Part shown: positions 50,281 through 59,046 of the stretch, in pieces
Position numbering within the stretch: the stretch's first letter is position 1
Layout of the letters: each line of letters starts with the position of its first letter
Source of the DNA: an uncultured Candidatus Binatia bacterium
GTDB lineage: Bacteria > Desulfobacterota > Binatia > Bin18
NCBI GenBank assembly: GCA_965200965.1
Contig: OZ241744.1
Span: forward strand, 2,080,001-2,144,000
Direction of reading: 5' to 3'
Length of the DNA: 64,000 nucleotides
The notes under the pieces: generated by a model
What the model was told of the DNA's origin: nothing
The model's input: the letters and a program-made list of their open reading frames with translations, nothing else
Database searches by the model: none
Translations under genes and position numbers: made by a program

Positions 50281-50382
50281 GGAGGGCTGTCAATCCGTTG
50301 GCGGTATGCTACGCTCGCACCATGAAGGAATTGAAGCGCGCAGAGCGTCGTATGAAGGAGGACATGGCTAGAAAGAATCCGC
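50281..50382 (+). repeat. 102-bp direct repeat, copy A
   Basis: Matches 51000-51101 with 6 mismatches by manual alignment. Confidence 0.9.
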
Positions 50383-50507
50383 GCCTCGGATCAACGCTTG
50401 AAAGCCTGCTCCGGGAGGACGGCAGCTATGCAGACACGAAGAATCAGGCGATCAAGGCCGTCCTGGCTTACAAGCTGGCGGAAGCAAAGGATCACAGGCC
50501 GGAGTAG
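50322..50507 (+). pseudogene. Remnant of a HigBA/RelE-type TA junction (toxin tail + antitoxin N-terminus)
   Basis: KELKRAERRMKE followed by AAGGAGG RBS and MARKNPRLGSTLESLLREDG...AIKAVLAYKL; the HTH part is missing. Confidence 0.55.
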
Positions 50508-50926
50508 TATTCTGCCATGTCGGCGTAGCGGATCACCGCGTTTCCCCGCTCGCCGGCAGCAAGGCGATGTCGTGTCCGCGTCTTGCGCCAGGGCTGTTCC
50601 ATGTGGCTCAGATCGCTTAACCACTGCGAAGATTTGTCACCGTAGTAGGCCAGGACCGCATCAACCGTGTCACGCTGTTCGCGGTTGAGCTTTCGAGAGA
50701 ACCCGCCGCCTATCCGCGACACGCGGTACCGGCCACTGTGCGCGTCGTAGAGCTTGCGGACGACAGGACCGTTGGCCCAGGCTTCAATCCGCTCGCTGAA
50801 CAAGGGTTTGTCGTCCCACACCAGCGACCACGCCTGCGCGTAGTACACGAGTTTCTGCAACTTCATCGCAGTCATGGGCCCAGACTTCAGCAGGATGTAG
50901 GCGGCCACATCCAATACACTGACCAC
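50492..50926 (-). CDS. Panacea (DUF4065/SocA-like) antitoxin domain protein
   Basis: MKLQKLVYYAQAW, IEAWANGPVV and LSDLSHMEQPW motifs. Confidence 0.92.
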   Translation of the reverse strand: MVSVLDVAAYILLKSGPMTAMKLQKLVYYAQAWSLVWDDKPLFSERIEAWANGPVVRKLYDAHSGRYRVSRIGGGFSRKLNREQRDTVDAVLAYYGDKSSQWLSDLSHMEQPWRKTRTRHRLAAGERGNAVIRYADMAEYYSGL

Positions 50927-50999
50927 GGCTTCCTCCTTTGCTCAGCCCTCAACAATCATGGACGCGGGTCATGTGTCAACGCAGCGGGAATCAAGACAT

Positions 51000-51101
51000 G
51001 GAGGGCTGTCAATCCGTTCGCGGTATGCCACGCTCGTACCATGAAGGAATTGAAGCGCGCAGAGCGTCGTATGAAGGAGGACATGGCGAAGAAGAATCCG
51101 C
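51000..51101 (+). repeat. 102-bp direct repeat, copy B
   Basis: Near-identical to 50281-50382. Confidence 0.9.
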
Positions 51102-51118
51102 ACACGGGAGCTTTGAAA

Positions 51119-52534
51119 CTAGGCGGATACCGCGTCACGCATCGCTCTGATTTCCTTCCACATGGCAGCGTGATTATCGCCTTCAGGGAGCGTTCCTAAC
51201 CGCGCTCGCCAGCTCTCCTTCAGTAGACTCTCTTCTTGTTTGTTTGCTTGGCGAATGCCGGTTATCCACCGGAGCAACCGTTCAGTGGTATTCACAGCAT
51301 TCTTTCTGTCCTCGTTCCTCATTGACCATTTCTTCGTGTCAGAAGCAAACACAAGCAACAGGCCACGCCACGGAACATGATGGAGTCTCCAGTCGACCTT
51401 TGCCAACGGGCTCAAAGCCATACGCGCGTCTTCCGAATCAGGTTTCTCGGGGGAAGGCAAACGCGTATCCAACAACGCCCGAGCTATCTGTATCATCACT
51501 TCCTGCCCGATCGGCCAGAAAAGGGCGTTGTCCGCAACCTGTCTGTCTGACCCGTCGGCTTGATGGTTTCTGGCATCGGCGGGGCTCAAGGCCAAGTCGG
51601 GTACCGCAGCAATGAGGGCGTCCCAATAGAGCTTGAGTTCTTCAAACAGTTCATCCAGATATTCTTCTGGAGGTCGAAAGCGCGTGAACTGCTTCACGCT
51701 GCTCTCAAGCTCCGCCTCTGGACCGGGACCCCAGCCTCTAGCGGACCGGTCGGGGGTTGTGAGTAAGACTTGGTTCATGTCGTACAGTTGCTGGAGACTC
51801 GTGAAATGCGAAGTCCCTTCGTGAAGGGATCGTCCTTTGGTCTGCACTCTGACCGATTCCAGGTGTCGCCCCGGCGCTTTGAAAAAGTCGTGAGTGGCGA
51901 TGAGACGGCGGGTCAGGATTGCGAATATATCGTCCTCGTCCATGATGATGTTGGTGTCTCGGTCTGTCGGTTTGGTATACCTGTTGAGGCTGGAGAACAG
52001 ACGCCGGTAGGACACAAGCCACTCTTCTTCAGGTGACTCAGCAGGACGGATCACCATCAGGACCGAGATTTCTTCATTCTCGAAGTCGGGCGGGGGCTCG
52101 ACCCTCTCTGACTCGTCCTCGGGGAGCAAAAGGGTCTTGATTGCTTTTAACCGATGCTGACCATTTAGGGCATAGTAGTTTTGGTCTCCCGAGAACCGCA
52201 ACACACCGAACGACTGCTCGATATTCTCCTCATCGGCAAGGATGGCAAACTGGGGGTCATCGGCCACGCTTACGGGGTAGAATTTCGGCGATCCGCCAAC
52301 TGCGGCGACCACGAGAGACGCAAAGAAGCGATCCGCGCGGCCTTTCAAATAGGTGACGATTTCCTTCTTGACGCGGCTCTCTTTAATCGCCCGCTGAATA
52401 GCCTCGTCAAGCGTATAGTCGTTGTGAACCTGAGAACCGAATTTGACCTCCGCGGCGACCTCCCGCATCCGCATCTTGACGATGTAGTAGGTCCAGTCTC
52501 CCATGTGCGCCTTGATCGCAGGATAGAGTTGCAT
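51119..52534 (-). CDS. DGQHR-domain / DndB-like protein (motif reads NGQHR)
   Basis: MGDWTYY, IQR, RFFASLVVA, YALNGQHR and RRLFSSLNRY motifs; AAGGAGG RBS. Confidence 0.85.
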   Translation of the reverse strand: MQLYPAIKAHMGDWTYYIVKMRMREVAAEVKFGSQVHNDYTLDEAIQRAIKESRVKKEIVTYLKGRADRFFASLVVAAVGGSPKFYPVSVADDPQFAILADEENIEQSFGVLRFSGDQNYYALNGQHRLKAIKTLLLPEDESERVEPPPDFENEEISVLMVIRPAESPEEEWLVSYRRLFSSLNRYTKPTDRDTNIIMDEDDIFAILTRRLIATHDFFKAPGRHLESVRVQTKGRSLHEGTSHFTSLQQLYDMNQVLLTTPDRSARGWGPGPEAELESSVKQFTRFRPPEEYLDELFEELKLYWDALIAAVPDLALSPADARNHQADGSDRQVADNALFWPIGQEVMIQIARALLDTRLPSPEKPDSEDARMALSPLAKVDWRLHHVPWRGLLLVFASDTKKWSMRNEDRKNAVNTTERLLRWITGIRQANKQEESLLKESWRARLGTLPEGDNHAAMWKEIRAMRDAVSA

Positions 52535-52576
52535 GGAAACCTCCTTATGTGAGAGAGCGTATGTATCTGCGTTGCC

Positions 52577-53530
52577 CTAAGTCGGCTGGTGCGGCGAGTC
52601 GCGCGGGGGTCCGCGAAAGACCTCGCGTGAGTGCCATTTGACGAACTCGGCTTTTGGTTTGAATTCACGACTGCGGGGAGGGCGGAGCGGTGCGCCGTGA
52701 CAATCCCAGAACCAGCGGGTCGCCTCGCTCTCATCGTGGACTTTGGCCGAAATGAGGACCATGAAGCCCCTGGCTGCCGGTATCAGGCCAATCGCGCCCC
52801 GATCAAGCGCCTTGTGATGAATGCTGCATAAGGCTAAGCCGTTCGGAATCTTGTTCGGACCGCCGGCTGAATGCCACTTGATATGCGCGGCCTCCAATCC
52901 GAGCGGTTCGTCTTCCAGGCGAAGATCAAATCCACACACAGAACAGCGACCCTCATAGGCGTTGAGGACATCATGGCGAAAGGTCCGGTCACGCCTGCGG
53001 GCCGGAGGGCGGGGTGTCACGGGGCCATAAAGGCCGGGAGAGTCCCGCACCAGAAACTCGGCGGGGAAGCCGACCGCGGTGCGGATATCATCGTGCAATG
53101 AGTAGGGAAAGTGTTCGTACAGGAGTGCTTGGGCGGCCTGTTGCACGAGTCCCGGATTAGAAATCAATAGATCGTAGATCGGTTCGGGGAAACCGCCTCT
53201 TGCGGCGTTTTTGATGAGCCCGCTTTTGAGCAAGTCGCCTGACGACGTGTCGGGCAATGATTCTCCTCCAGGGACCTCCCAGAGATCGTCATTCCGCAGA
53301 CGCCAGAACGGATGTTCTGGATGGGCGGTTTTGCGGGGCGGCCCGAAGCGCTCCAGCAGAGCGGTCAAGGGGCGTTCAATGTCCTGCTCGTAGTGGGCTA
53401 GGCGCTCCTTTCCCAGAGCGATCCGGCCAAGCGCGAGTAAAACCAGCAGCGGCTTGTGTGGCGCACGCTGCCCACGCCTCCGCCAAAATTTGACTTGGCC
53501 GAGTTTCTGGAGAAATTCGTTGTGTTCCAC
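52577..53530 (-). CDS. SBD-HNH endonuclease (putative phosphorothioate-dependent type IV restriction enzyme)
   Basis: APHKPLL and HPFWRL (sulfur-binding-domain-like); CSVC, EAAHI, NGLALCSIHHKALD (HNH). Confidence 0.85.
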   Translation of the reverse strand: MEHNEFLQKLGQVKFWRRRGQRAPHKPLLVLLALGRIALGKERLAHYEQDIERPLTALLERFGPPRKTAHPEHPFWRLRNDDLWEVPGGESLPDTSSGDLLKSGLIKNAARGGFPEPIYDLLISNPGLVQQAAQALLYEHFPYSLHDDIRTAVGFPAEFLVRDSPGLYGPVTPRPPARRRDRTFRHDVLNAYEGRCSVCGFDLRLEDEPLGLEAAHIKWHSAGGPNKIPNGLALCSIHHKALDRGAIGLIPAARGFMVLISAKVHDESEATRWFWDCHGAPLRPPRSREFKPKAEFVKWHSREVFRGPPRDSPHQPT

Positions 53531-53635
53531 GATGGCGGCTCTGAGGCCGAATTACTTTGCCCCTGGAAAGGGCCGGTCAGATGGGTAAGTGCATTTCCTC
53601 GGAAAAGGTGACACATGGCGATTGCCCAACGCAGG

Positions 53636-53941
53636 TCAGTATCTGCCAAAGGTATAGGATTCCAAGGCGTCAAGCGTGATGCCGAACTCGCTGCGGGGGA
53701 TGCGCAACTCATCGCATAAGCGTCGGATGTTGCTTGGAGCGAGGGGGGTTTGGGGATCGATGTCTTGCAAGGGGGCCATGAGTGTCTGACCATTGAGATC
53801 ACGACAGAGATAGTCCACCTGTGTTGTCCCCCGTGGACCAGAGAGAGACGTTTTCGACGTCCCTCTGGTGACGTGGTACATTCGTGCTACCCGGTCTACG
53901 AACTGGGCAAGCGTTGGCATCGCGTCAAATGGATGAGGCAT
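53636..53941 (-). CDS. Small protein, possibly a divergent HicA-like toxin
   Basis: TAATG overlap with the upstream HicB-like gene; C-terminal LAPSNIRRLCDELRI resembles the HicA terminal helix. Confidence 0.5.
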   Translation of the reverse strand: MPHPFDAMPTLAQFVDRVARMYHVTRGTSKTSLSGPRGTTQVDYLCRDLNGQTLMAPLQDIDPQTPLAPSNIRRLCDELRIPRSEFGITLDALESYTFGRY

Positions 53942-54273
53942 TACGCAGCAATCTCATACACCCGGGTCCCGTTCACCTGCACAGGAATACGATCTCCCGC
54001 GGTCATGTGGGGGGGGGTCTTTTCTACCGGGTTGGCCTGTTCAAATTGTCGCCAATACAATGCTGGCGCACGGGGGACGGCCGTCTCAAATGGGGGGAGG
54101 TCCAGTTCCTGTCGAATCACGATCTGCCCAAGCAACACCCGTTGCATTTCGTACAAGGCGTCGTCAATGGTCTTGCCTTGCGCACCGACATCGTACTCGA
54201 GTCCTTGCGCTACCCAGTGCTCTCCTTCCTGGAAGAGGAGCACACGCAGTTCAGTGGCCTCTCCTTTCTCCAT
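53941..54273 (-). CDS. HicB-like antitoxin-fold protein
   Basis: EGEHWVAQGLEYDVGAQGKTIDDAL motif; GAGGAGG RBS. Confidence 0.7.
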   Translation of the reverse strand: MEKGEATELRVLLFQEGEHWVAQGLEYDVGAQGKTIDDALYEMQRVLLGQIVIRQELDLPPFETAVPRAPALYWRQFEQANPVEKTPPHMTAGDRIPVQVNGTRVYEIAA

Positions 54274-54360
54274 ACCATACCTCCTCATGTGAAACAAATG
54301 TGAAAATTGTAGTCCGCTTGCTCCGAGTGTTTCACTACACTGCATTCGCTCTGGCTTGTC

Positions 54361-54672
54361 AATACGCTGGAAGGGGCTGAGGAGCGGCGGCATCCGGGCA
54401 ACGCCAACCTGCGGTTTGAGGGGTTTCAAGCGCAGGATGTTCTGGGCGCACTGCAACCCCGGCTGGCGGCCTCGAGTGGTGCGGCGTGCAGTTCGGGCAT
54501 GCCGGAGCCGTCCCATGTGCTGCGGGCCCTGGGGCTGAGCGCGGCTGAGGCGGAAGCGTCGGTGCGTTTCAGTTTTGGGCGGTTTACCACGGATGAGGAG
54601 CTTGAGCGGGCCGGCGGCCTGGTGGGCAAGGCACTTGATGCGCTGGCCACGGAGGGGGGGAGGAGAAGATAG
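54361..54672 (+). pseudogene. C-terminal remnant of a cysteine desulfurase (IscS/DndA-like)
   Basis: Not in the ORF track. Frame reads RHPGNANLRF...LAASSGAACSSGMPEPSHVLRALGL...SVRFSFGRFTT...TAG, with an in-frame stop at 54310 and no N-terminal portion. Confidence 0.85.
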
Positions 54673-54712
54673 CCCGGCTTATGCAAAAGGCGGAGAATTG
54701 GCAGATCGTCTG

Positions 54713-55738
54713 TCACAGTGCGGCAAGCCCGCAGGCCCGGGCAAGCAGTTCATAGGACCGCAGGCGGTCGGCAAAGGCATAGCAGATGGTCACCACACTC
54801 AGGTCGGGGGTCTGGTACTGCTCGGCCAGCCGCTCGAGCCTGGCTTTGACCTGCTCGGGGTCGCCGTCAATAGTGACCCGGCTCTGTTGCTCCAGATAGG
54901 CCCGCTCCTGAGGGCTGTAGGGATAGGCCGCGGCTTCTTCAACCGGCGGCACCCCGGTCCCCCGGCCGCGGATGATGTTGAGGCGGACGAGGTTGCGGCT
55001 CAGGGCCAGGCGGCGGGCGGTTTCTTCGGTCTCGGCACACAAGACCTGGGCGGCGACATTCGCGCGTGGTTCGGCCAAGTGCTCAGAAGGGCGGAACTGA
55101 CGCCGGTAGTGCTCCACAATGGCCGGGCCGTGCTCAACGCCAACGCCGAAGAAATGGGCGTAGCTGAACGGCAGCCCGCGTTCCGCGGCCAGCAGGGCCG
55201 AGTCAATGCCCGAGCCGAGCAGCCACACCTCGGGCAGGCTGGTGGCCGGGCTTGGCCCGGCTTTGACCGCGGCAAAGGGGTGGCCGGGGTCCATTGTGTC
55301 GCCGAGGTAGGAGATGAGATGATCGACCTGTTCGGGAAAATGCTGGATGTCGCGCATCGGCCCGGGATAGGCCAGGGCCGCGGCCGTGCGTTGATCGCTG
55401 CCCGGCGCGCGGCCAATGCCAAGGTCAATCCGACCCGGATACAGGGACTCCAGCAGCCGAAAGGTTTCGGCTACTTTGAGCGCGCTGTAGTGGGACAGCA
55501 TGACCCCACCGCTGCCGACCCGCAGCCGGCTGGTGCGGGCCGCAATCTGGCCGACCATGAGCTCGGGACAGGTGCCGGCAAAGCCGGGCAGGCTGTGGTG
55601 TTCGGCTACCCAGTAACGGCGGTAGCCCAGCGCCTCAACCGCCTGGGCCAGGGCGATGGTTTCGCGCAGCGCGTCTGCCGCGGTTCCGCCTTGGCGGACC
55701 GGCGACTGATCGACAACGCTCAGGCTGAGAGGAGGCAT
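54713..55738 (-). CDS. Luciferase-like (LLM) flavin-dependent oxidoreductase
   Basis: YWVAEHH, VGSGGVML.HYS.LKVAE and GRAPG motifs. Confidence 0.92.
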   Translation of the reverse strand: MPPLSLSVVDQSPVRQGGTAADALRETIALAQAVEALGYRRYWVAEHHSLPGFAGTCPELMVGQIAARTSRLRVGSGGVMLSHYSALKVAETFRLLESLYPGRIDLGIGRAPGSDQRTAAALAYPGPMRDIQHFPEQVDHLISYLGDTMDPGHPFAAVKAGPSPATSLPEVWLLGSGIDSALLAAERGLPFSYAHFFGVGVEHGPAIVEHYRRQFRPSEHLAEPRANVAAQVLCAETEETARRLALSRNLVRLNIIRGRGTGVPPVEEAAAYPYSPQERAYLEQQSRVTIDGDPEQVKARLERLAEQYQTPDLSVVTICYAFADRLRSYELLARACGLAAL

Positions 55739-55766
55739 GGAGGCTCGGGCGCGGCCGGCGGGTGCC

Positions 55767-56144
55767 TCAGGCTCTGGCCCGGGTGCCTTGCCTAGCCGCC
55801 ATCTTTTTCATAAAGCCGAGCTTCAGGCGCAGCTGGCGGCCCAGCCACAGGGCGTTGGCCGAATGGTCGGCCACATCATCGCCCGTCCGGGGATGAATCA
55901 GCACACTCAAGTCCGCGTGGTTCAGCATCAGCCAGGGCACGAGTTGGCCGAACTGGTCGGGGGTGAATGTCACCTGATACATCCACCGCGGATGCGGTCC
56001 GACCGCCTTGCAGTGAAGGCGGCCCAGCTGGACATCAAAGCGCTCGGCGAGGCCGTCGCGTACATGCTCCGCGGCCGGCTGGGTGTCACGGTCAAAATAG
56101 ACATGGACGTGATAGTTTGTGATGGTGGACGACTCTGTTGGCAT
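55767..56144 (-). CDS. DOPA 4,5-dioxygenase family protein
   Basis: YHVHVYF, VGPHP, WLMLNH and LIHP.TG....DH motifs. Confidence 0.9.
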   Translation of the reverse strand: MPTESSTITNYHVHVYFDRDTQPAAEHVRDGLAERFDVQLGRLHCKAVGPHPRWMYQVTFTPDQFGQLVPWLMLNHADLSVLIHPRTGDDVADHSANALWLGRQLRLKLGFMKKMAARQGTRARA

Positions 56145-56160
56145 TGCGCAGCCCCGCGTG

Positions 56161-56430
56161 TCACTCAACCCAGCCGTGCTGGAGGGTATGCACCGTGCCC
56201 GGTGGATACCACCATTCTCCACGCCTGCACAGCGGACACCGCCTCGGCATCCCGCCGCCGGTGTATTCCGGCACGCCGACCAGGGATTTGACCGACCCGG
56301 AAAAGCGTCCGCCCCGTTGGACTTTTCTGGTCAGCATATACAGACCCATCCCGCACTCCGGGCAGGACAGAATCGTCCCCGAATGCAGGGCGGATACGAA
56401 GGTAATCTCGTCAGGTGCAGGGCGAGGCAT
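56161..56430 (-). CDS. Small zinc-ribbon hypothetical protein
   Basis: CPEC and CPLC; GGGGAG RBS. Confidence 0.55.
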   Translation of the reverse strand: MPRPAPDEITFVSALHSGTILSCPECGMGLYMLTRKVQRGGRFSGSVKSLVGVPEYTGGGMPRRCPLCRRGEWWYPPGTVHTLQHGWVE

Positions 56431-56520
56431 GGTCTCCCCCCTTTGCGGCCCGGTCCCTGAAAGCGGTCTCCCCGGGGATAGCAGACATCAGCGCTGCCCC
56501 GCAAGATGTCAGCGCGGATG

Positions 56521-57753
56521 TCAGCGCCGCTGCTGCTGTCGCGCGGCCTGCATCCGCGCGGCGAACTCGGCCGGTTTCATAATCAGCGAGCCGGGTGCGC
56601 TGTCCCGCTCGTGCTGGTGCTGTTCGTGGTAGTGGACGGCGATGCTCTGACGGACAAGCTCCTCACAGAAGGGGATACCCTTGCCGCGGTCCTGTTTGAG
56701 GGCCAGCGAGACGGCCAGGGCGCGTTTGGCGCTGTCCAGCTGGGAGCGGGCGGCCAGGTGAAAGGCGGTCTCTTCCAGGCGTCGGGCATAGGCGCGGGCG
56801 CTCTCCCCGCTGAACAGCTCGGCGACAACGGTGTCAACAATGCCCTGGGCCCGGTCCTGCTGCTGATACTTGTTGAGGACAAGGAGGCTGTCCTGGGCCT
56901 GGGTCAGTTGCTCAACATAGGGCCGGGCCTGGTCCTGGTCGAGCAGCCAGCGTTGGAGTTCGTGCTCCTCGAACAGCTGGCTTGAGGTGGTGAGCCAGCT
57001 GTCATCCGCGGCAATCGCCGCGGGGTCAAGGCTGTCGGGCAGGGGCACCGGGCAGGGCGCGGCAGGGCCGGAGAGCAGGTGTGAACGCAGGGCCGGATAG
57101 GTCTCAATGGACTGGTGTCCGGTCTGGCCGCCGGCCGCGGGTGTGGCCAGGGTCCGCTCATAGCCCTCGGACATGAGAAAGTCACAGTAGCGCCAGGGGG
57201 CATCAACCAACGCAATCTGATAGCGCTGGGCGAGGTCCTGACGGGCCAGCCTGATGCCCTGGCGGTTGACTTCGGTAGCCTCAATCCGGCGCATCCCCTC
57301 GGGCTCGTTGATCAGGGCTGACAGGTAGTGCAGGCCGCCGCCAAGACGCGGCTTGACCAGCCATACCAGGCGGTCTCCCCGGCCGTCTATGGACGACAGA
57401 TAGCCCTCCGGCTCAATCGGGGTCAGGACGGATTTGCCCGGCCCCCGGTCGGGCCGCTCAACCGGGACGCCTTTTTGCGAGAGTTTATACAGCGAGCGGT
57501 GGATGGCCCGCCGCAGGGCCTTGTCCGGCTTATCGGCCCTGGCCTCCCAGTCGAGCAGCAGCCGGGCGGCCTCGGGGACGGCATGATCCCCGAGCAGCGT
57601 GACCAGGGCCAGATCAGCCCCAGGGTCCCGCCCCAGGCGGGCTTGCAGCTCGTCGAGCGACACGCTCTTGTCCCGGAGCCGGGCCAGACTGATCCCCCAT
57701 GTGTCTATCATCTGCTTGCCCGCGGCCAAGCGTGGGTCGGCTTTTTTTGCCAT
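56521..57753 (-). CDS. Hypothetical protein
   Basis: 410-aa ORF with GGAGGG RBS and host-like codon use; no motif recognised. Confidence 0.75.
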   Translation of the reverse strand: MAKKADPRLAAGKQMIDTWGISLARLRDKSVSLDELQARLGRDPGADLALVTLLGDHAVPEAARLLLDWEARADKPDKALRRAIHRSLYKLSQKGVPVERPDRGPGKSVLTPIEPEGYLSSIDGRGDRLVWLVKPRLGGGLHYLSALINEPEGMRRIEATEVNRQGIRLARQDLAQRYQIALVDAPWRYCDFLMSEGYERTLATPAAGGQTGHQSIETYPALRSHLLSGPAAPCPVPLPDSLDPAAIAADDSWLTTSSQLFEEHELQRWLLDQDQARPYVEQLTQAQDSLLVLNKYQQQDRAQGIVDTVVAELFSGESARAYARRLEETAFHLAARSQLDSAKRALAVSLALKQDRGKGIPFCEELVRQSIAVHYHEQHQHERDSAPGSLIMKPAEFAARMQAARQQQRR

Positions 57754-57897
57754 ACGTCCCTCCAGAGGACAACGGGAGCACCTTAGCCAGCCGCCTTTGC
57801 GTGTGTCAATGGCCGGACCTGGCCGCGGCCGGCCATTCCTGATAACGGGGACCTGTCTTGAAGATCACGCCGCCCAACTGCTAAAGAGAAGTCAGCC

Positions 57898-59046
57898 ATG
57901 CGTTTCTGTCCCCAATGTGGCGTCCAGACCGTGCCCCAGGCGCGTTTTTGTACCGAGTGTGGCGTGGCGCTGTCGGACGGCAAACAGGCACCGGGTGCAA
58001 GGGGTGCCGCGCCGGCCCCGCCGCCAGTGCCCCGCCAGTCCCTGCGTGCCGGGCTGGTCGTACTGTCGCTCTATCTCGCCGTCGGCATTGGCCTGTGGGT
58101 CTTTGTGCTGCGCTCGCAGCCCTTCCCGGTGGTGGCTGTTGCCGACGGCCCGGCCAGCTCGGGCGGCTCGCCGGCCCTGCCCCAGGATCACCCGCCCATC
58201 AGCATTCCCGAGGATGTGAAACAGCGCATTGTCACCCTTGTCAATGAGGCCAACGCCACGCCCGATTCTGCCGAGACCTGGCGTCGCCTGGCCGAAGTCC
58301 AGTTTCGGGCTTCCCAGCTTGAGGCCAGCTATCGGAGCGCGGCCCTGTCCTCGTATCAACACCTGCTTGCGCTGGTCCCCGATGACCCGGACGCGCTGCG
58401 CGGCATCGGCAATGTGTATTACGACTTTGAGGAGCATAGCAAGGCCATTGACTACTATGAGCGCTATCTGGCGCTGCGACCGGATGACAAAAACGTCCGC
58501 ACCGACCTGGGGACGATGTACCTGTACACACACCAGGCAGACCGGGCCGTTGCCGAATACCGGGCGGTGCTTGCCAAAAACCCGGACTTCTTTCAGGCCC
58601 ATTTCAACCTCGGCATTGCCTACCGGGAAAAGGCCGATTTTGCGCGGGCACGCACCAGCCTTGAGCGGGCCAGAGCCCTGACCGATGACGAGCGTATCCG
58701 GGCACGGGTGGACCGTGTGTTGGCCCAACTCCGCGGGGGCCGGCCGCAGACCCGGCCGCGCACGGCGTTTCAACGCGCGGTTGAACAGATCTTTCACTCG
58801 CACGACATCATGGGCTCAAAGGTTGCCCGGATTGAGTGGCCGGCCCCGGCCGGGGCCAAGGTCTATCTGCAAAACTTTCCGATCCAGGGGATGCCCCCGG
58901 ATGTGCGCGAGCGTTTTCTGGCCAAGCTGCGGATCCAGATCGGGCTGGCCGGAAAGAGCAATAATATCGACGCCAGCGTCAGGGTTGAGCTGATTGACGC
59001 TGATACCCGCAGTGTCATGGAAACACTGCACACGGAAACATCATGA
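57898..59046 (+). CDS. Zinc-ribbon, membrane-anchored TPR protein
   Basis: CPQC...CTEC, one TM segment, LPQDHPPI and several TPRs. Confidence 0.8.
   Translation: MRFCPQCGVQTVPQARFCTECGVALSDGKQAPGARGAAPAPPPVPRQSLRAGLVVLSLYLAVGIGLWVFVLRSQPFPVVAVADGPASSGGSPALPQDHPPISIPEDVKQRIVTLVNEANATPDSAETWRRLAEVQFRASQLEASYRSAALSSYQHLLALVPDDPDALRGIGNVYYDFEEHSKAIDYYERYLALRPDDKNVRTDLGTMYLYTHQADRAVAEYRAVLAKNPDFFQAHFNLGIAYREKADFARARTSLERARALTDDERIRARVDRVLAQLRGGRPQTRPRTAFQRAVEQIFHSHDIMGSKVARIEWPAPAGAKVYLQNFPIQGMPPDVRERFLAKLRIQIGLAGKSNNIDASVRVELIDADTRSVMETLHTETS

Noticed and set aside
49628-51101. Repeats as a CRISPR array or integron attC sites
   Set aside because: Spacing is 650-720 bp with whole genes between; no cas genes or integron integrase; no attC-type inverted structure was seen.
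56484-56527. Short repeats GACATCAGCGC / GATGTCAGCGC x2
   Set aside because: Only two or three short copies at a gene end, probably a small local duplication; no function supportable.
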